Shown here in pieces: positions 8,185-13,813 of a stretch of DNA of 13,813 bases (within the stretch, counting starts at the first letter, position 1; the number at the start of each line of letters is the position of its first letter). The translations under genes were made by a program, and so were the position numbers. The notes below the pieces were generated by a model, which did not search any database, was not told the origin of the DNA, and saw only the letters and a list, made by a program, of their open reading frames with translations. This DNA comes from Histomonas meleagridis 2922-C6/04-290x (taxonomy: Eukaryota > Protista > Parabasalia): positions 1-13,813 of the forward strand of contig JAANOX010000092.1 in assembly GCA_020184695.1 (NCBI GenBank), read 5' to 3'.

Positions 8185-10368
8185 TTATAAATTCATCAAT
8201 GTTTTTATAGGATCTTCACTGTTAATACATTTATTTTTATATTTGTTATTAACATGATATATATATTCATTATTAATATTTTTGCCGATCCAATTATCAG
8301 CAGACTTGATATATATTTCCTTGAATATATGTTCTATCTTAAACTGACCTAATTTATCGCCAATATATCCTAACTCATATAATTTGTTATAATCTTCTTC
8401 AGATATTAATAACAAATCAACTTTAGAATAATATACATTAGATATTAAACTTATAATATGATTCATTTTATCATTAAAATTATTTAATACTGATCTTGCA
8501 AATTGTGGATAAGTAAAGTGTTCTTTATGAGGTTTTATTGTATATACATAGTTATCTTCATCATATTTAATAACATAAGGTGCAAATTCTTCAATATATT
8601 TATCAACGCAGCTTTTGCTGCAACCAGCTTTGCTGGCATTAGTCTTTAATTTTTTATTGAAATTAGGTGGTTTTCTAATAGATGTTCCCCAACAACTATT
8701 CATCATAAATTTTAATGTAGTAGCCAATTTATCATTACCGGAGTTCTTAGCTTTTATTCTTAAGTTATATAATACTTCTATAATTTGCTTTATTTTAGTA
8801 TTTTCTCTATTAAAAGCACCGTTATTATCAGGTTTACCTATAGGTATTGATGTTACAGATGACATATATGCTCCGTTTAAATCTATATAATAATATTTGC
8901 CTGTTAAATGTATTTGTTTCCATATAGTCTTAGGAAATATACATTCACTACGTATTTTATTTGAAATATCACCTGATAACTCATATACATTATTAAAACA
9001 ACCGTATTCATACATTATTTTTAACATTAAATCGCTGTATCTGTGATAAGCCTTTACATTAATATTTGAACCTAAATTATTAAAAATAGGTTGTAATTCA
9101 TTGAATCTGTAGTTAACTTCATTATCAGCAATATTATACCCAAATAATTTCTTACCGTGTTTCATTCTTTTAACAAAATCAGGTATATACTTCTTATCAG
9201 GAATATGTATTAATCTATAACTGTTATAAGGTTTATTAATAGTTTTATAGCTCCAACATAATTTATTATAAGCATTAATATCCATAGGTTTTAATAGATT
9301 ACATTGTTTCATAGTATTAATTAAATAATATATAGATATCGGTCTGGTAGCGTATTCTATTGTTCTATTTTTACTATAATTTTTAATACTTTCAATAGAT
9401 ATATTAACAGTGTCATTAAACATATAATGATCATCTATAATGATTAATTTTATAAGTTTATTATATTGTTTACCGTAATCTCTGTGAGTAAAACCTTTAT
9501 TAGCCATATATCTGACATTAATATGTACTTTTAATAAATCTGATATATTATTTAATTCTGATAACGGAACTGTTCTAGTATTTATAAAAGATCTTAACAT
9601 ATTAATCTCATTATCATTAAATAAATTACTTGCAATAAATGATTGTATCGAACAAGATTCATTAATATTTTCATTATTGATATTGTTGAAAATACCATAT
9701 TTTGTAAGATCTATATCTGTAGTATTAATCCAAGGAAAGAATCCTGGATTAACTCTTTTACCGTTTTTAAAATTTCTAAACTCAAACTTTATAGATTTGA
9801 TATTTTTAAAGGTTTCTAATGCTAAAGTATTACTGTCACTAATATCATCTTTTTCATTAATAATATTATATATAAAATTAACAGTATTCATATTTCCGTG
9901 GTAATATAATATATTATTATTATCGTCAATAATAGTCATTCTAATATCTTTATTTATTTTAGGACCTGCTGCCTTTATAGTGTACATTAATGATTTTAAC
10001 ATAATATTGTGTTTATTAGAAATCACTGTATGAGTAAAATCTTTCTGAGTCATTAATTTCTTAATTAAATCTTTAGTTATATTGTTAATAGATTTATTAT
10101 TTTTTACAGTTTTCTCTGCAGGTTCATTTTCAGATAATGCTATATTATAATAATCATCAAATGGATCACTATAATTGTATTCACTACGTTTATTGTGTTT
10201 GATTTTATATTGTAATTGATTTACTAATAAATGATCATATTTATTATTCATTTCATCATAAACCTTATATTTGATTTTAGTATTTATATGTTCAAATTTG
10301 TCCGGTAAAGTATAACCGTAATTATTGAACAATTCTATTACTTGTTTTGTTGTTAGCTTCTCTGGCAT
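8185..10368 (-). CDS. Reduced protein-primed-type family B DNA polymerase with OTU-like domain
   Basis: Motif A YIDLNGAYMS (D at 8881-8883), motif B KFMMNSCWG (about 8687-8713), degenerate motif C YYSKVDLL (D at 8416-8418), downstream LGQFKIE. Papain/OTU-like ESC (C239, 9652-9654) ... LIIIDDHY (H314, 9427-9429). No ExoI DxE motif recognised. Confidence 0.75.
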   Translation of the reverse strand: MPEKLTTKQVIELFNNYGYTLPDKFEHINTKIKYKVYDEMNNKYDHLLVNQLQYKIKHNKRSEYNYSDPFDDYYNIALSENEPAEKTVKNNKSINNITKDLIKKLMTQKDFTHTVISNKHNIMLKSLMYTIKAAGPKINKDIRMTIIDDNNNILYYHGNMNTVNFIYNIINEKDDISDSNTLALETFKNIKSIKFEFRNFKNGKRVNPGFFPWINTTDIDLTKYGIFNNINNENINESCSIQSFIASNLFNDNEINMLRSFINTRTVPLSELNNISDLLKVHINVRYMANKGFTHRDYGKQYNKLIKLIIIDDHYMFNDTVNISIESIKNYSKNRTIEYATRPISIYYLINTMKQCNLLKPMDINAYNKLCWSYKTINKPYNSYRLIHIPDKKYIPDFVKRMKHGKKLFGYNIADNEVNYRFNELQPIFNNLGSNINVKAYHRYSDLMLKIMYEYGCFNNVYELSGDISNKIRSECIFPKTIWKQIHLTGKYYYIDLNGAYMSSVTSIPIGKPDNNGAFNRENTKIKQIIEVLYNLRIKAKNSGNDKLATTLKFMMNSCWGTSIRKPPNFNKKLKTNASKAGCSKSCVDKYIEEFAPYVIKYDEDNYVYTIKPHKEHFTYPQFARSVLNNFNDKMNHIISLISNVYYSKVDLLLISEEDYNKLYELGYIGDKLGQFKIEHIFKEIYIKSADNWIGKNINNEYIYHVNNKYKNKCINSEDPIKTLMNL
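8608..8637. repeat. 30-bp GC-rich double-hairpin insert, in frame in PolB
   Basis: GCAGC-TTTT-GCTGC AA CCAGC-TTT-GCTGG C; 17/30 GC; encodes ASKAGCSKSC. Confidence 0.8.
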
Positions 10369-10439
10369 TATGTTTAAATAAAAATAAAAAAAAATAAATT
10401 TTATATAAAAATATATTTACAAAATAATATTTAACACAG
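10369..10439. promoter_or_regulatory. Putative bidirectional promoter between divergent PolB and penton genes
   Basis: 71-bp A/T tract between divergent starts. Inferred from layout. Confidence 0.3.
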
Positions 10440-11250
10440 ATGTTTTATATGGTTAAAATGTATAATAAAATTATAGATTATACTATATCATCATATGATT
10501 ATGAACATTATAATAGAATTAATGTAAACCTACCTGGACGACCTACTCGAAAATCTAAAATGATAATAACATCATTAACTTCTAAATGTTCTATAGTAGT
10601 AATAGAAAAAGATGATTTTATATATTAATGATACAAAATATACTTTTAATAAACAATATACTAATATTAATAGTGAATCATTTATACTCTTATTAAATGA
10701 ATTAATAATTGATACAGGAATTACTACAGAAATCGATGAATGTGAGAGAATAGTATTTTCCAGTGACGATCAATTTACTATTAATAGTTGTAGTTATAAT
10801 ATATTACAATTATCAGGTTTATATGATCAAGTATTACCATTATCTGCTAACACGAAGTCTAGCCCTGAAGAGGGTAGTTATAAGAGTGATAATAATAAAT
10901 ATGAGATTTTAGCAGAATCTGTTGGAAATTATCTTTCAACACCCATATTATATATAGTAAGTAATTTAGGAAAGAGTAGTTATAGAAATTTAAATAATAA
11001 TCTAAATATATCTAAAATAATATTACGAGTAAATAATAGTTTTAGTGCTAATTATCCTATAATAGTTAATAATGCTGATTTTGCTGTAGAAATGAATACT
11101 AATGATTTGTCACATGTAGAGTTAACATCTGTTGACGCTAATTTGCATGAGATACACTTATTAAACCCAATGTATATAACTATAAGTGTTAGTGGTGTGT
11201 CTGATGATGATGTTATTGAAAATAATAATCTTGATACCCCCGAAGGCTAA
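10440..11250 (+). pseudogene. Minor capsid protein (penton), frameshifted near 10620-10626
   Basis: ORF 10440-10628 (...SIVVIEKDDFIY*) and ORF 10612-11250 (YINDTKY...) join by restoring a TA in TTTTATATATTAAT. Penton-like pattern: LLNELI...ERIVFSS..FTI...ILQLSGL...STPILYIVSN...ILRVNN...VELTSVDANLHEIHLLNPMYITISV. Confidence 0.65.
10848..10876 (+). repeat. 29-bp dispersed mini-element, copy 1
   Basis: TAACACGAAGTCTAGCCCTGAAGAGGGTA, 26/29 identical to 12645-12673; contains hairpin CCCT-GAAG-AGGG. Confidence 0.8.
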
Positions 11251-11279
11251 AACAATAAAGTTGTTTATTTTATTTTTAT

Positions 11280-12182
11280 TTGAATATTATAAGAAATAAA
11301 GATAATAAATTTAAAGAAATTGATGAAAACTTTAATAGAATAAGTAGAATGAATAAAGAAGTATTAGATAATGCTTCAATTAAACCTATACATGAAAAAT
11401 ATCCCTCAGCACAGAATGGAATATGTGCTTTTATAGCTCCAATGGGCAGTGGTAAGAGCTATACTTATATAAAATTATCTGTCTATCAAGAAGTATTATT
11501 TGATGAACCTTTTTTTGAATTGATAGTTATATGTTCTACTAGTAGTAAGTCTGATTAAACAGTAAATGACTTTAAAATATTAATTAAAAAGAGTAAACTT
11601 GTTGCTATAAAGGATACTGATTTATTGGATTATTTAAATAAATATATGAGACGTATTTTGAAATATAATTCTATTATAAAATATGCTAACAGTAATTTTA
11701 AAGAAATCAATGAAGAATTAACAAGGATAATAAATAAACATAAGTTAATTATTCGAAATGATGATAACAAAAAACTATTAAAATATATATCATTGAAATT
11801 ATTTAAATATAATTGGAAAACATATCCTCACAGAATGTTATTAATATTAGATGATTTTGCAAACCATGCATTAATAAAGAATAAAGAAACAGATTTAATG
11901 AGGTTATTAAAGAAATTAAAACATTTCAATATTAATGTAATTATTTGTGTACAAACAGTAAAATCTATATCAAAAGATTTGAAAAGAACATTATCTGATA
12001 TAGTATTGTTTCCATGTATCTCTAGAGATGATTTTTATGAACTTATTAAAGAATCTCCAGCAAGTTGTTTTGATGTAGATAAGTTATGGAATGAGTATAG
12101 TAAAATTAAAGATCAACATAGTAGATTTAACATATGGATAAAAGCCAGAAGAGTTACTATAACGTTGAGTAATGTCAAATAA
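11280..12182 (+). pseudogene. A32-like (FtsK/HerA family) genome-packaging ATPase with one internal TAA
   Basis: ORFs 11280-11558 and 11625-12182 are in frame across TAA 11556-11558 (STSSKSD*TVNDFK...). Walker A APMGSGKS, Walker B LLILDDFA, KKLKHFNINVIICVQT (A32 RH..Q motif, here KH). Track start is TTG. Confidence 0.85.
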
Positions 12183-12228
12183 ATAAAATACTTTTTTAAT
12201 ACACATTTTATTTATTTCTTACATAAAT

Positions 12229-12681
12229 ATGGAAGCATTTGAAGATTATATTAAAACTGAATATGATGGCAAATATAAAGTCGTTAATTTCAAATATTCT
12301 CACAATATATTAATCAAAATTGATAAAAAGACAAGAACACCAATCAAACAATGTATTATATTTGTTAATGTTAAGTTTTATGATGATGAACTTAATATAT
12401 TAAACACCCTGAATCTTAAATTCATTAATAATACACTTGCTAAAGTATCAGGAAAAGAGCTTACTAATATATCACCTTCTGAGGTTAATAATAAGTTTAT
12501 TAACGCTAAGAATGATATAATAAAAATTATTAAAAATAAATTAACAGATAAATGCAATAAAATCAAAGCAAAAATAAATGATTTAAATGAATGTTTTGAT
12601 TTATCTGATAAAGTATTAAATGACGTTGATGTTGTCAAAGATAATAACACGAAGTTTATCCCTGAAGGGGGTAATGGTTAA
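12229..12681 (+). CDS. 150-aa hypothetical protein with Lys-rich helical C-terminus
   Basis: ATG-initiated ORF with the same codon style as the element; no family recognised. Confidence 0.6.
   Translation: MEAFEDYIKTEYDGKYKVVNFKYSHNILIKIDKKTRTPIKQCIIFVNVKFYDDELNILNTLNLKFINNTLAKVSGKELTNISPSEVNNKFINAKNDIIKIIKNKLTDKCNKIKAKINDLNECFDLSDKVLNDVDVVKDNNTKFIPEGGNG
12645..12673 (+). repeat. 29-bp dispersed mini-element, copy 2
   Basis: TAACACGAAGTTTATCCCTGAAGGGGGTA, 26/29 identical to 10848-10876. Confidence 0.8.
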
Positions 12682-13813
12682 TTCTTCAAAAAAATCTTCA
12701 CTTTTTCAATAAATGAGTTTGGAATTATAGTTAAATTATTCCCTGAACATAAAGCAATTGATATTAATGCTAAAGCATGTATTTGTTTAATTTAAGTCTT
12801 GTTTTAATATTATAATATTTCAAAATAAAATTTGGAAATTATTTAAAATATTTAGTACAGCACTTATATTGATGAAAAATTTGTAAAAATAATATATTTA
12901 AGATTTTTAGTTTTTTTATTTTTTAATTATTCTCGATTTTTTACATTTCAAATGATGATGAGCACAAAATTATATTTTTTTTATACAAATTTTTCTATGT
13001 TGTGAAAGATACAGTTCGAATGATTCATCGCATCTAAAAGATTTAAAGAATTTGATTTATAATCATTAAAAATTTTATTTAAAAATTAATGAATCAGCAA
13101 ATTTCGAACATATTATATCACACATATAAGGAAATATTGATACAATGAATAAAGGCAACGCTTCAATAATATCAGCTTCATTTTGATGATCTTGAATCGA
13201 ATTAGTTAAACACATTATAATCGATGATACAAAACTATCATTAAACATTTCCCGATTATTTTGTGATGGTTGGAGATTAAGGAAAAATGGAGTAATAATA
13301 TAATTTGATTAGAGTTAAGTCAAATTAATAAATTCATAAAAGATTTATTAATAATTTGGATCCTATCATTAAATATATCCAAAAATAAGAACATTAAATT
13401 TCGATCTGCATAATTTTTGATATATTTTAGAAAGAATTCAGGATGAGATTTTTATAGAAAGTTTCATTATAACCTGATCGTGTAATGAAACTGATTTTAA
13501 ACAATTAATGACACTTTCTATGCGTAGAGAAATTATAACAAATAAAAATGGCATTATCAAAGATAAACACATTTCACTTGCATCAGGAGAAAAAGAAGAA
13601 AGCTTAGTCGGCAGTCGGATGCTGGTTAACTCCTTAACATACTTGTCACTTATGATTTTCCCAATGATTTTTATTGATAATTTTTATATTTTTCAAAATA
13701 CTTCGTAAAATGAATATCCACAATAATAGCATTTGCTTTCATCATTTGTTTTGTATTGTAAAAAATATTTTGTTGAATTTATTTGGTAATGGAATCTAAT
13801 AAACTAAGATATA
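12678..13813 (-). pseudogene. Probable host flank containing degraded minus-strand coding remnants (helical protein)
   Basis: Several stop-free minus-strand stretches: KLSIKIIGK...KISS (about 13441-13683), ITPFFLNLQ...DSLIFK (about 13077-13296), KQIHALALISIALCSG...IFLKN* (ending 12678). They are separated by stops and shifts. No viral motif recognised. Confidence 0.3.

Larger units (their letters stand above)
1..12681. mobile_element. Integrated Polinton/Maverick-like virus (PLV), right-hand part, partly pseudogenised
   Basis: Co-occurrence of rve integrase tail, SF3 helicase, PolB-motif protein, A32-like ATPase, penton-like ORFs and a fibre; short intergenic gaps, no introns. This gene set is the established hallmark of Polintons/PLVs. 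Left end lies outside the window; right end inferred from loss of gene density after 12681. No TIR seen. Confidence 0.85.

Noticed and set aside
8615-8890. 91-aa plus-strand ORF
   Set aside because: Antisense to PolB motifs A-B; its start lies in the hairpin insert.
9677-9904. 75-aa plus-strand ORF
   Set aside because: Antisense shadow of PolB.
926-11558. TAA/TAG read as Gln (code 6, as in hexamitid diplomonads and Streblomastix) to explain the in-frame TAAs
   Set aside because: The 1212-aa and 727-aa ORFs contain no in-frame TAA/TAG and use CAA for Gln; genes end naturally in TAA; frameshifts co-occur, pointing to mutation or error.
12378-12650. 90-aa minus-strand ORF
   Set aside because: Antisense shadow of the Lys/Asn-rich 150-aa ORF.
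1-12681. Bacteriophage or prophage origin of the whole region
   Set aside because: rve integrase, A32-like ATPase, penton-like genes and pPolB-type motifs fit Polinton-like viruses. No Shine-Dalgarno pattern, terminase or portal gene seen.
13508-13708. 66-aa plus-strand ORF
   Set aside because: No recognisable motif; overlaps a longer minus-strand open stretch.

Overview
Very AT-rich (roughly 20% GC by eye), intron-free, gene-dense DNA. Positions 1 to about 12681 are the right-hand part of an integrated Polinton/Maverick-like dsDNA virus (Polinton-like virus). In order it carries: the 3' end of an rve integrase with SH3/chromo-like tail (+); a primase-associated/SF3 (D5/NrS-1-like) helicase gene (-); a fibre gene of about 1345 codons built from bacteriophage-type His-x-His repeats (-); a possible penton paralog (+); an unusually reduced family-B polymerase with an OTU-like Cys/His domain but no recognisable exonuclease or TPR1 (-); a penton (+); an A32-like packaging ATPase (+); and one orphan ORF. 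Five of the eight genes are broken by single stops or microsatellite frameshifts, which the ORF track splits or misses. No major capsid or adenoviral-type protease gene is visible in the window. The most striking non-coding feature is a pair of ~240-bp modular inverted repeats (682-922 and 2767-3004) with GTCC iterons and a covarying palindrome. They bracket exactly the helicase gene. Small GC-rich hairpin elements also sit in frame inside several ORFs. After about 12681 the sequence looks like degraded host DNA. A protist (possibly parabasalid/metamonad) host is my inference and is not shown by the sequence.
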